From Lingula anatina (taxonomy: Eukaryota > Animalia > Brachiopoda), in NCBI GenBank assembly GCA_051362555.1, contig CM120642.1, forward strand, positions 13,330,001 through 13,394,000: a stretch of 64,000 nucleotides of DNA. Reading direction: 5' to 3'. Below the pieces are notes generated by a model, which searched no databases, had not been told where the DNA came from, and saw only the letters and a list, made by a program, of their open reading frames with translations. Position 1 is the stretch's first letter; each line of letters begins with the position of its first letter. A program made the translations under genes and the position numbers. Below are positions 1-13,000 of the stretch, piece by piece.

Positions 1-1269
1 TGTTTTTATTGCTTTCAAACTGATAGATAAGTATGATTGAGGCAATCATGTGCTTCGTTCAGAAGTTCCCCAATTATTTTACTATGAGGGCTTCATGACC
101 CCAGATGAGTGGCCCAGGAGGGCTTGGGAGGGGGTTAATGGGGGTGGGAGTTTGGGGGGGGGGGTTGGATATTGCTTACTGGTATATATATCACCTACAG
201 CTTTGGCCTAATCTGTTTGTTTTTGGGTCTCCAGTAGGTACTGGTAAATGATAGCTACTGTAAGATTTTTTGTCAGGTTTGGATGTCAAAGAATTATTAA
301 TTTGATATATTTCAGTATTTAACCCAAAGTGTTCCAAAATGAAAAAACTGAAATAATATATATCAAATTAATAAAAATTAATAACTAAGTATTAGAAAAT
401 CCAACTCAAAACTTTTAATGTAATTTTTAGAAATAAAAAAAAATTGGAATGTCTAAAACGGACTTGTATTTATTTTATTTAAAGACAAAACACAATATGT
501 TTGACTGTAATAGTCTGTCACATTTGTGGGACAAACACCAAAGATATGATAGAACATCGCAGAGAACATCTTTAACCTATGGAGAATGGAACAGTAATTT
601 CTAACATGGGTGGAGATGTGATGCAGAATTGATTGAAATTTTGAGTCCACAGTCGCAATATTCAAGCTGAGACATGGCCTAAATAGTTACATGTTCAAGA
701 GAGACTCAAGATCAATGATTGTATACAATGAAGCAAAGATCAAAGTCTGATCCGAGATCAATACAATGCCATGTTGACATGTTACACTTTAGGTTGACCC
801 GTACTGAGACAAATGGAGGGGAACGAGGTAAACTATTGATACTTTCCTATTGTCTTGTTACAAGCTGAGCTATTGACAGAACTTTGGCTTGTTTGCTCTC
901 CAGGATAAGCGGGCTTGGTTGTGTTTACTGTTCTCTTACTGTAAGACGGCGAAGTGAGGATTGTAAACAAGGCAATCGTAAAAATGCAAAAGTGACGATA
1001 TTAAATTTGGTGGACCTCCAATAAAGGCATTCTTAATATAATTCATGCCCTCTCCTCCCCCTTCTTTTGTATAGAAGTCACTTTGTAGAAAGTAGGGTAC
1101 TAGATAATTTTGTTTTCATTTAACTACTTCACTACAGATCTAGCACTCTGGAGTATGTAAACTGTTTGAAATCTGGCTGATCATACTAATACTGTCAGTG
1201 ACAATCTGTTGACTACATTTTCCTTTTGCGTTTTCATTATGAATGGTTTATTGCAGATTTGAAATTATA

Positions 1270-2970
1270 TAACAAGGCAGCAAAGCTGTCAAATGTACAG
1301 ACAAAGAACAGAAAATAAAGATGCAAATAAGTGAAAAATTAAATTTTCACAAAAAACTGTTAAATTGCCAGAAAAATTTACCAAACAGACTGTGTTGCCA
1401 ATTGAAGCTGTATGTTAGACCCATGTTTCTTTCCTGTAAGTTTGAGAACAGTAAGTGACATGATTTCCCTTAAATGGTCATCATAGGAGCAGTGCCCAAA
1501 ATAGGGGTTTCTTCAAATTTTGATGCAACATTACATAATGTTTAACAGCATAATGACAATCAAATGTTATTAATAAAATATTAGTAACATGGACATTCAG
1601 AAAATGTGACAAGCAAAAGTCTTCAAGATCATGGAACTTTAAAGTCACACCTTGAAAATGCCAATATGTGAAAAACTAAATTTTCACAAAAAACTGTTAA
1701 ACTGCCAAAAAAATAAATAAATAAATAAATAAAAATACCAAACAGACTGCATTGCCTACTGAAGCTGTATTTTAGTCCCATGTTTCTTTCCTGTAAGTTT
1801 GAGAACAGTAAGTGACATGATTTTCCTTAAATGGTCATCATGGAAGCAGTGCCCAAAATAGGGGTTTCTTCAAATTTTGATGCAATATTACATAATGTTT
1901 AACAGCTTAATGACCATCAATTTTTAATTATAAAATATTAGTATCACAGATATTCAGAAAATGTGACTAGCAAAGGTCTTCAGGCCCATGGAACTTCAAA
2001 GTCACGCCTTGAAAATGCCAAAATGTAAACAAGACAGCACTGTTCTGAAATGGGTTTATTTCCATTTTTAACACTTTTTTAACATAAAACAAAATAAACA
2101 TTTTACTGCCATTTTATATGACCAACTAAGAAAATTGATGAGATGGGAAAAGTATCAATAGAACAGTGTTAAATGTCCAATTTCCTCCATTCTGAGATTC
2201 TGAACATAGTAGATGATTGAATCTGACAAACTGCAATGATATGAGTTTATTTCCATTTTTGACACTTTGTTACACAATACATGATAACAAGTTTACCATG
2301 TTTTTTACATAATCAACTAACAATGTTGTAAAGATGCAGGAAATATCAAACAAACACTTTTAGGCATCTTATTAGTTAAATAATGAGACTGTTAACATGC
2401 CTAATAATTGAATCTGAGGAAATGTGAAAAACAGTATAACTTCTAAAATAATGGCCCGATTATGCTGATTTTCGAACTCAACCTGCGTTTTAGTAAGATT
2501 GACCACTCCTGTGAGTATAATTACAATTGGCCAATCCGTTTTTCTTATATTGTGTTATCAGTGTTGTATTTATATTGAAAATAGTGAAAAAACAGCATAA
2601 ATTCCCTAAAAATGGCCCAATCATGCTGATTTTCGAACTTGACCTGCGTATTATGAATATTCATCAGTTCTGTAAGTTTCAAGTCAAAAGGTAAAATGGT
2701 TTTCCACTTATCGTGTTATCGGTGCTGCATATATGCTGAAAAAAGTGAAAAAACAGCATAAATTCCCTAAAAGTGACCCGATCATGCTGGTTTTCGAACT
2801 TGACCTGCGTATTATGAATATTCATCAGTTCTGCAAGTTTCAAGTCAAAAGGTAAAATGGTTTTCCACTTATCGTGTTATCGGTAAAAGTGCACGGCGAC
2901 GACGACGGCGACGACGACAGACGCAGATGATGGCTATATGTACAGACACATCTGTGTCTGTACATAAAAA
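1270..2970 (-). mobile_element. Non-autonomous Helentron-associated (HINE/DINE-1-like) element, copy A, in a GRXCR intron
   Basis: Reverse complement of 37733-39790. One end has a T-run and the palindrome TATGTACAGACAC-N3-GTGTCTGTACATA, followed by a (GTC/GCC) microsatellite. The other end has the subterminal IR GTCTGTACAT and the short hairpin GACAGC-TTT-GCTGCC. Internal tandem units of ~161 bp (x3) and ~340-357 bp (x2). No ORF. Confidence 0.78.
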
Positions 2971-3201
2971 GCCAATATGTTGTGGCATTTTGTATTAATA
3001 ATTTCATGTGAAGTTTTCAAATTTACTTTGATAAAGATACCAAGCACAGTCAAAATTGTATATTTAAGTTCTATATGTTTGTGAACAACCATGATATTTA
3101 ATTTCTTGTTTTCAGATTAAACTGTCAGAAATTTTAGATATGAAATTATTTAATTATAGTTTTTAAACTTTTTTTTTCAAATTTCATATTTCTTCTTGCA
3201 G

Positions 3202-4202
3202 GGTGTTGAAGCATTAGATAACCTTAATGAATCAGGAGAATTAAGAAAAATATTTAGACATTTCAAGGTGAGTGTATAATTCTCATTGAAACCCAAAAGT
3301 GTGTTTACGTAATTTATACGTATTATATTATAAAAGTTCATAATTTTTTTGCCTTTTTGAAAGCTTTTATAACTGTAGATTATTGATTGAAATATTACAA
3401 ATCACATTTTGTCATCTGATGGTTAATTTTCTTCCATTTCACAGGCTAAATATTGTGATGCTTTTATTTTTGTAATATAAATGGCTATTGGTTTTTGAAG
3501 GAAAAATCTTCAAACAGGATATGTTGATTATTATTCTTTTTGCAGAATATTTCAAATGCCTCGCCCTTTCTAAAAAATAAACTTGTAATGTGACAACTGC
3601 AGTTAGTTAGATTGAAGTGTACCAAGCCATCTGTAGTTGTCACGATATGTATAGAGCTGTACACAGCTGCAATGACAACATAACATGGTCATGTTTATGA
3701 CTAAAAAATCTTGGACTAAAAGGCTTGTTACAAAGTATACCATGTTTTTGAAGAGCAGAACCTGGACATACAAAGTGTGAAGAATAATTCCTTGGAGCAT
3801 GGATCAATCAATTTTTAAAGCTTTTTCTTAAAAACAGTAATAACAATTTTTTAATCCTGTCAGTGAGAAATTTACAAATAGTGATGTACCATCAAGTCAA
3901 CAATTGTTTTTAGCAATAGACTGAAATGTGGCAAAATGATTATGCCTGGTCGCTGACAGCCTCAGACATGATTTATAACAATTTTTGATGAATTTGTTTT
4001 TTTTTTCTTCCAGAAAATCACAGTGAACCAGATGTGTGAGAAGTGTGGTGGGTATAGATACGTCCCATGTAGTGTGTGCCATGGAAGCAAGAAATCCACA
4101 TACAGGAACCATTTTACCACAGAATTCTGCGCCTTACGCTGCATGCAATGCGATGAGAATGGCCTTGTGCGATGTGACTTGTGCCTGGACCAACAGGAAT
4201 GA
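3202..4202 (+). CDS. GRXCR1: Glutaredoxin domain-containing cysteine-rich protein (GRXCR1/2-like), last two coding exons; 5' part lies outside the window
   Basis: Exons 3202-3267 (GVEALDNLNESGELRKIFRHFK) and 4014-4202 (KITVNQMCEKCGGYRYVPCSVCHGSKKSTYRNHFTTEFCALRCMQCDENGLVRCDLCLDQQE*). AG/GT boundaries, phase 0. The NESGEL motif and four CxxC pairs (CxxCGG..PCSVCHGSK..RC..C.ENGL.RC..C) are diagnostic of GRXCR proteins. Missed by the ORF track. Confidence 0.92.
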
Positions 4203-7200
4203 TACGAACAATATTACTTGTGTGGAGAAATCTCATTGGTTGATTGGTGAAGAAAATACAGCACTTAAGATTGGTCAATTACATACAGGAAACTATAGAA
4301 TCAATGCAAGCATTTGCAGGAGGCTCAGGATTATTAAAAAGAAAATGTACAATTTTTTTTCTAATTTGGGTTTTTTTTTCAAATGAACACTTTGACAGCA
4401 CTGGTATAATATGTCAGGTTCTTTCATAATCAGGCTAGAGTTGGTTCACATAGTAACTGTTATTGTAAAGATGCAATTAAAAACTTTCAGCAAGCCCCAT
4501 TTGAGTTAATCATGAGTAACATATGAGCCATGCTCTGTAACAATTCAGTCATGTTGGGCAATGTTGATGATACAGACATGGCTCTGAAACTAGGGGTCAG
4601 CTTACTGAAAATACCCATAAGTTGATAAAATATTCTCCTCCAACCCAACCACAAACATGTCACCAGCACCACCAACTGTCATTATTCATTGTATGCTTAT
4701 TTCTTGTTTTGATAAATCTGAAAAAAAGTATTTTCATTGTCAATTATTAGCAAATGTTTAGCCCACATTATAATGTACAAGAAATCATGGTTTTACTGAA
4801 GTGGCAATACAGTATTACTTTAGTTAATGGATAATACAGTGTACTCTCAAATACTCGACAGTGGAGACCTGAAACCAGCAGATAAATTCAAAGCATGCAG
4901 TGAGACAGCAGGGGTTTGCTAGGGGTGGAAGGTGAAGTCAGGCAAGTCTTTGATGTGCTCTGTGTGTTCAGACCACTCCCAAGACTTAACTAAATAAAAT
5001 TTGTGACAAGGGACTCCATTTCTCAGCTGAGCTAAATTTGCCATGGGCCTGAACAATAGAAATGATAGTATTTATTCCCAAATTAGGTATATAGAATATG
5101 ATTTATTTAGAAGCTCAGTTTTATTTATGCCTGCATTTTTGTTATTTTGTTTATTTGATACTGACCTCCAGATTGTGCTAATCCTTGTGTTCATTATTCT
5201 CTAGCTTAATTGCCAATCAAATAGACTTGTGGGCGATATATTTAGAAACAGTCAACTGGCATCCATATATATTTAGTATACATATCTCGATCCCAATAAA
5301 CACGGGTAAAAATAAAGTCATAGAAGGATTCTTTTCTCACTTAACACACACTTATTGGTATTATAGTTTTTACGTTTAAAGAATTTTTATCAAATATCAG
5401 TAAATGTGGGATAAACTGCACGTGTATCAATTTTTTTTCTTGTTATTGAAATCATGAAGTGTGAGTTCCCAGGCCTTTGCATATCACACAGTAGTTAAAG
5501 AAGAAAGATGCGCTGTCCTTTTATCCTGCTCTAGGATCCCAGTAACACAAATTTAAGCTACTTTTTGTGTTGGCTAATGATAAATTTGTGGGTAGTAACC
5601 TAATATCTAATATATATCTCAATTTCCTTAGCCTGACTAAGTCTTTGCATGTGTTCACCAAGGAATAGTCAGAACATGCACATCTCCATCATTTATCTCA
5701 AAGACCAAGTTCTGGAATTTTTTTGTTGCAATGTTGATGTAGTTTTATTTATTTGTTAATAAAGTAATGCACTGGATTTAAATATTTATTGCTCAAGTTG
5801 CATGTTGTGGTGAATGCACTGACTAAATTTTCTACTTCAGTGCAGGAAGGTTACACTAGGAAGATTAGAAACTAGACGACCCAGCATTTGAGACTGAAAA
5901 GTTTATATGCTAACAATTTTGGCTCTTTATTAGCAGATACAAACATTCTTGCAAATGTGATTTTAACAGGCATAATTATTTTGCTTTATTTATAAACACC
6001 TTTTTATCGCTTCAGTTAATTGTATTACAGCTTTCTCTTTTGAATGGTATTGGATACCTTTTAGAAAGCAGAAATGTTCCAGTCGTCTGTTAAGCTGGGT
6101 AATAGGTGCGAGCAAAAAATGGAGCAAATGTCATGACATACGTTTATTATCTGTTATTTATATTCAAGTCTATTTAGAAATAAAATTTGAGTTATATTTT
6201 TGGTGTTTTGTTTTCTTTTCAAGAATAAAACAAAATTCTTGTTGGCTTAAAGATGGACAACAAGTCGAGGTTGGGACAAGAAGCTGCACGTCGCTGTATG
6301 AAATTAAACTAATTAAGAAATATCCTAAACTTTCATTACATACACTGCCTATATACCAGAAAACAACAACCACATCAAACCTTTTTGTTCATGCTATTAT
6401 ATTATTTAATATTAAGTACAACCATTTACATAATATATTTTTATATATTGACAACTGTACACACGTTATTAAATATCATGTTAACTACATGCTTAGACAT
6501 AAATTATCTATTTCAACCAATCATCTAAGTAAAAATGTAGACATCCATCTTAGCAGAAATTATGCAATACACAACTATCGCAACTACTTCATTAACAGAA
6601 TGCACTGGTCTCTCCTATTATGATATAAAAGCCAATACATTCTTAGCATATAACACAACTTGGATACTGCCGTCTTGTAATCTATACAAATATATGACTT
6701 TCTCTGAGTATAAAAAGCTCATTATGCAATATCCAGTATGACGAATCAGGAATGCCTTCAACAAAATGATTTTCTTTTTGGTAGGTTTGATAGTAACTGT
6801 ACACAACAGTTTGCATTATCAATTCCATGTTTCTACTAAAATTATATTCAAGCTATGCTTAGAACTCCAGCTTTTATTATGTATAAGACCAATATGGTCA
6901 TTTAACATAACTCCCCACACATCAGAGATTTGTAATGATCAAAACGGCATACAAAAACGAATTACAACATCCATCTGGCATCAAGTGAGCAGAATGTGCA
7001 TGATACATGGTGTGTGCTTTATAATCTCTTTGGACTTGCATATGCTGCTGCTATATATATATGGTGCAGTTAAAAAGGCACTTGACAGTAATGTGGCATA
7101 CACTTAGCTGCTTCAGAACACAACAGGTGCTCCACTGAAGTACACACAGGTCCTCTTTAAATACATGTAGATCAGGAGTAATTACTTTACCCCATCTCAT

Positions 7201-7299
7201 CAAATGACAAGATAACACAGTTTAAAACACTTTATCTATGATCTCCCCACTCAAACATGGATAGAGTGTCATTTTGAACTGCACACACCAGCTAATAGT

Positions 7300-7308
7300 A
7301 GTGTGTGT

Positions 7309-7351
<43 letters not shown>
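7300..7351. repeat. (GT)n microsatellite
   Basis: Direct reading of a GT dinucleotide run. Confidence 0.95.
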
Positions 7352-7353
<2 letters not shown>

Positions 7354-10056
7354 GGGGGGGTGGAGGGGGGGTATAGGTGTCTTGGAATCATGCAAGCAGC
7401 TGAAACATACACCGTGTTGAGCAATGGCTCAGGTTTGAAACATTAAGTAAGAGTTAACATGGTTATATATAGATTACACTGGCTGGTGCAAAATAACATG
7501 GAATGGGTTGGAGGCAGGGGAGGGGGGCAGGAAAAATCCATTTTGCCCACCCAACCACCTACCCATGGATCCACATAAGCTATCTATTAATATGCTTGAT
7601 CTGATGCATAGTTAGCACAAATGCTTTTAACAATCTCAAGGACACCAATTGCTTTTCCTTGGTTTTCATTAAACAAGTTAGCATGTGACATTGCTGACAT
7701 AGTTTAAGTCTTATATGGATATAAATAGCACATTATCACACAAAGTACTCATTTTGGTAATAAAAGCCCTCTGATGTATCCCTTTTGTTTCAACTGTCTT
7801 AATAAGAACTGTACAAAGATGCAGCTTGAGTCCATATACAGTAAATATAATGCGATGGTTTGTTATCAACAAACTTTTTAGCTTTTAGACTCTTTCAGTT
7901 AAATGAGCCAACAAAGGTAAATAAACACAGTACATGTACATCAATATTACTAAGATAATTATATATGTTGTATATGAACACATTTTCTCATCAGGCTAAA
8001 ATAAGTTAGTCAAAAATTATTGCAATTTACCTAGGCCTAACACATAAAGACTAACAAGCACAAATGTAATTATAAAACAGGAACAGCCCAAGAACTTAAT
8101 TGCATTTATACTGAAACCTCATTATTATCTAAAGAGTTTTAATGTCTATCTTTATCTTCTTATTTACATTGTTAAAGATAGAAAAATGTACATAGCAAGT
8201 GATGTAATACTTAAATTAGCTGTGTTACAAATTGCTCTTGCAGAGTGAAGGATGAATATTTTGCATGGGCCTACTACAGTTAACAAAACAGGTTTGCATA
8301 TGCTTCTGTTAATGGCAAGCAGATCCAGGCCCAGTTTGTGAAACCACCATTCCTAAAGTACTGGTATCACTCCCAAAGTTACTGATGCCTTTGAAATGGA
8401 GACTATTTACAAAGTATACCCCATGACAAAATGTTTACTAATGACAGATTGTGAAATAGGCCTTTGACTAGTTTATAAACAGTTACTACAAATAAAGACT
8501 AGTCATATACCGGCTGCATCAAATAACTTGGGAGGAGTACATTTAATGAATAATAAGGACTAGAATCAGAAAGTATTTAAATCTGCACTTCTCCCAATGC
8601 AAGGGATTGACTTCTGGTAAAATGTCAGGAAAAAAAACATTTCAGACAATTAACAAAATCATGCTCAGTAGAAAAGTATGTGTTAAACCTCCAACCTGTT
8701 TTTTACAACAATTAGGTGAGAGATAACTCTTTTAACTACAAGTATCAAAATCCTTTGATCTTTGACAACAGGCTGTGCACAAAATATCAAACCCATGACT
8801 ATCATCACACAGTAATCTATTGCCAGGGCTGCCAAATTGACTATATGCAGTGACATTTCCACTCATTTCTGACTATTGTTCAAATCCTTTTATTCCTAGA
8901 TGTGATTCTATATAGCTAATAATGAAATAAACAATAGCGACTAGGCATACTCAGAAAGCTAAAATATTGGCAATCCTATAAGGTATCACACTGTGCTCTG
9001 TAGGGCAACATCTCATGTCTTTTCAAGCTCTTGTCTGGTAGAAAACATCACCATGCAAGAGCATCAACAAAAATCACATAGTGCTTAATATTTAGTATAA
9101 CATTAATAAATATCTTCAAAGCTGTCACAAGATAACATTATAAGAACCCCATTTTTTTCTTTCATATGTTGTGGTATTATAGTATCTGCTGGTATGGATG
9201 AAGAAAGACTAGAATTATCATTTCAATCAATGTATCATTTTTAGATCATATTTTTTCTTTATCAATTCATGACAGCGTCTGTAAAGTCCCATCCTTTCCA
9301 AACTCCTTGTCACAAATTTGAAATTATAATAGACCGATTCTTGCTTACTTAATGCTCCTCTTGAAATACGGTTACTATTATTATTATTTTTTTTTTTTTT
9401 GTTCTGATGGCAAGCCTCTCCACTCCACTTAATACAAGCTCCAGGAAAAAAAAAATTAATAACACCTTCAATGAAGATGTGACGGTTGTCCTTTGTAGTA
9501 CTTCAGATGAGACTGCTAATTACGATTTACATCTGTTTTCATGGAGTCTGAAGCACACTGTGACACAAACTCCTTTTGATGGACAAGAAATAGCATTATC
9601 TAAACATGAGCATATTCCACAGTTGTACTGCCTCGGATATGTCTTGCCTTGCAGCATTTTTACATAATACAACTCAAAGATGGTCATGCTTTCAAATATA
9701 ACGATGGCCACATTTGGATCCAGCCAGGTTAGCAGTCTTTAGGCAATGCAGTAAATGAAACCCAATCAACTTCATACTAATCACTCAACTTTATATTAAT
9801 CAAGAACTTGACAATTTCCCCTCAGAGTCTCAGAAGTTTAACCAAATTCACCTTCATCCTCTGGGAGTTACAGACTCAAAAATCATATTTAGTAATCCCT
9901 TATGTCACAAGCTACTCACAGTTTCAAAAACAAGCAGGCACAGGCTCATATTTAAACTATTTTAAAGCTGGTGACCAGATTTCATATTTCATAGATTTTA
10001 CCACAATCTTTACACCATGCCTTCAACATAACATCCTATCTGGTTGCCTTGCAGTC

Positions 10057-13000
10057 TTATGTGACTTCTAACTTCTGAAAGTTCTTGACAAGATCCAAGA
10101 CCCGGGATTTTCTGGACACAGCTGCAGACTCGCTACATTTCTCTGGTGGTGTGGTGTCACTGCTAGGTTTGGTTGATGATACAGGGGCCTGAAGAAAAAA
10201 AAATGGTACACTTTGACAATGAATAGCTGTGGATATTTCAGATGAGCACCTCAAACAAAAGCAGAAGCTAAGAAATTTGCAACAAAAATGATTAGCAGAT
10301 CTGTACTAATTTCTTTCATTTTTAAAAAAATTCCTTGCAAACAGTAATTTTAAAAACAATCCACTTTTAGCAGCGGCATGGGTTTACATCACATTCTAAG
10401 AAAATTCCAATAATTACAAAATAATTCAAATTTCATACTACTTGCTTAAGATATACTTAGTCTGGTGTTACTAGAACGTCTGTCATTAAACTATTCACCT
10501 TTATCATAAATCCATAGACACCTTATAAAAGCCATATGTTACTCACCAGTTTTGGTTTTGGAGGAGTTTTCTCAATAATTTCAATATTGATGACTGGCTC
10601 TGCAGGCTTTCCTCTTAAAATGACATCTGGCTTAGCTGGCTTGCTAGGAGCTGGTCCCGAATCTTGTTTCAAAGACCTGCGCAAAGGTGACCCAAATTTC
10701 CGCTCTTCTGGTTGGTCTTTGTTTTCTTTCTCAGAGTCCTGTTTCACGGAGGACTGCCTTGCTGGAGATGTGACCCCAGCTGTTGTTTTCACAGATACCT
10801 TGAATGGTGAAACCACCTTTTTGGGTTCAGGTTTAGATTCTGTTGTCGGTGGAGTTTCCCCAGTTGAACTGGTGAATATGGTTTTTCCTCTGGGTTCTGT
10901 TTGCTTTAGTGTGACTAGGAGAGGAGTCTTTGCTTCAGAGTCTGGTTTTTCTTCAACTTCAGGGTTGGATTTAGTTTTACTGAAGGATTGTTTGAATGGC
11001 GAAGCTCTTGTGATTTCTGGTTTTGACTCAGTTTCATTTGTAGACTTTGTTTTGTTCAAGGATTGTTTGAAAGGTGAAGCCCTTGCTAACTCTGGCTTTT
11101 CTTCAGTTAGACTACTAGACCTAGTTTTGTTCAATGACTGTTTGAATGGGGATGTTTTGGTTAGTTCTGGCTGCTTTGCTACACCAAACTGTGGTTGAGT
11201 AGCATCTTTCTGACTAGGTTGTTTGACAGGTGATGTTTCTCTCTTAAAAGACGATTTTGCTGCAGGTTTCTCGTGCTCAGAGCCCACAGTCTTTCCTTGC
11301 CACTGTTTCAGTGAGTGTCTAAAACTGACAGGTTGAGGCTTTTCATCTGCATCCTTTGAAGTGTCAGGGTCTTCCTCAGCCTTCCCATCTCCCAGAGACG
11401 TCGTCTGTCCATCACTGCTACCATCTTGTTGCTGCTGCTGTTGTTGCCGGAGTTTCTCTCGCTTCTTTGCCATGGCAACCCAGGGTGGGTCTGTGTTAGC
11501 TGTGTCCACCTTCTCTTGCACAGTGTGTCGACCAGGCTTCACTGAAGGAGTAGGAGGCTTGACTGACACAGACTGGGAGGCAGAGATCTTTGGAGGAGCC
11601 TTTTCTGGCTCAGCAGTGCTTCCCTCTGGAGTCTGTTCTGGGCTGCTAACCATACCAGGTGTCACCACAGCCTTGGCATGCTTGATCACAACGACTGACT
11701 TAGTGGGTTCTGAGGGGCTTTTCTTTTTCAGGTGGGCAAAGCGCTCCAAGGGTTTAGGCGATGGCTGTTTGGAGTCTTTCTCTTGTTCTTCTTCTTCCTC
11801 ATGCATGCTCTGGCGCTTGCCTAGAGCCTTAGTGATCTCCTCAGACTGAGTATTTGAGGTGGGGACAGTCCTACTACGCCTGTCCTGGAAGCGTCTGCGT
11901 GCAGGTGATTTGTCAGGCTGAGATTCCTCCTTGTCCTTCTCTCTCGGAATGATTACAACATTATCATATGGAGCCCTCATGCTGCCTCTAGGAGACCTCT
12001 CTTTTGGCTGGGGAGCTTCTGTTTTCTCAGTGATGTCGGGTGTTTTTAATTCCACGACTTCCACCTCAACGGCAGCTGGCTCAATTACAATGTCTCTCTC
12101 AGTCTTCTCAGGCTGTATTGTTTCCACAATTTCAATCTCCATTGGCTGCTCTTTTTCATCTTCACAGGTTTCTTTCTTTGCATGGTCGATATCTTCACTG
12201 TCTCCATGATTCACCTGTGTGGTCACAGTTTCTTTTTCATTCTTCAAACTCTCCTCAACTGCTTCATGGTCTTGCACATAGTTGTCAGCCTGGCCAAGCA
12301 ACAAAGGGGGTGGCGGCTTTGCATCCTGAAGAAGGATTCCACCACCTACTACAGATGAAGCTGGTTTGGGCAAGACAACGTCATCAGTTTCCATGTTTTC
12401 TTCTTCCTTTTTTGCTGCCTGTTTTGTTTCGGGTTGCTCAACAACTGGTTTTGTCTCTGTAGACACCTTTGATTCTTCGGTAGATCTCTCAAAGACGGAC
12501 TCGGGTGAAGCTGCAGTTATGCTGATCACTGGTACTGTTTCCATGGCAACCACTCTGTCTTTTTCCTTGTCTTGTTTTTCCTTTGAATCAGTCTCATCTG
12601 AAAAATAAACAATAACAGTATCACATATTGTTCCACACTAAACAATACTGGCCACTGTGATTAATATAACACTAAGCATACAATCTAGAAAACAGATTTT
12701 CAACATATTTGATTTCTGTTTTTCTTCTGAAAATACTTTTTAAATTAATATTTCTAGATGATTTACTGAACAAGGTTTTTGAAACTGTGATTAAAAAAGC
12801 TTTAGTCTTGCATACAGCACCTCATTAAAATCTGTTTAAACAGTATTTTTTAGTGATTAGTATTACTTGAACAAAACAAATGCATTTTGTGTCACATTTT
12901 TAAAACATATCAGTGACTAGTTGCTATTGATAATGGTGACCAGATCATGCCCGGCAGGGCAGTGGTACTTAAGCTTATAAAAAAAGGAAGAAACTAAATA

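Noticed and set aside
793-827. Possible small plus-strand exon (tttag|...|gtaaac)
   Set aside because: Its translation does not match the glutaredoxin segment expected before GVEAL, and there is no other support.
1330-2890. Repeat arrays considered as CRISPR-like
   Set aside because: The units are 160-360-bp tandem duplicates without unique spacers, the context is eukaryotic, and there are no cas genes.
4036-4386. 116-aa plus-strand ORF
   Set aside because: Wrong-frame overlap of the GRXCR last exon. The real frame starts at 4014 and stops at 4202.
10536-12608. Several plus-strand ORFs (220, 162, 140 aa etc.)
   Set aside because: Antisense shadows of the large low-complexity CRACD-like exon.
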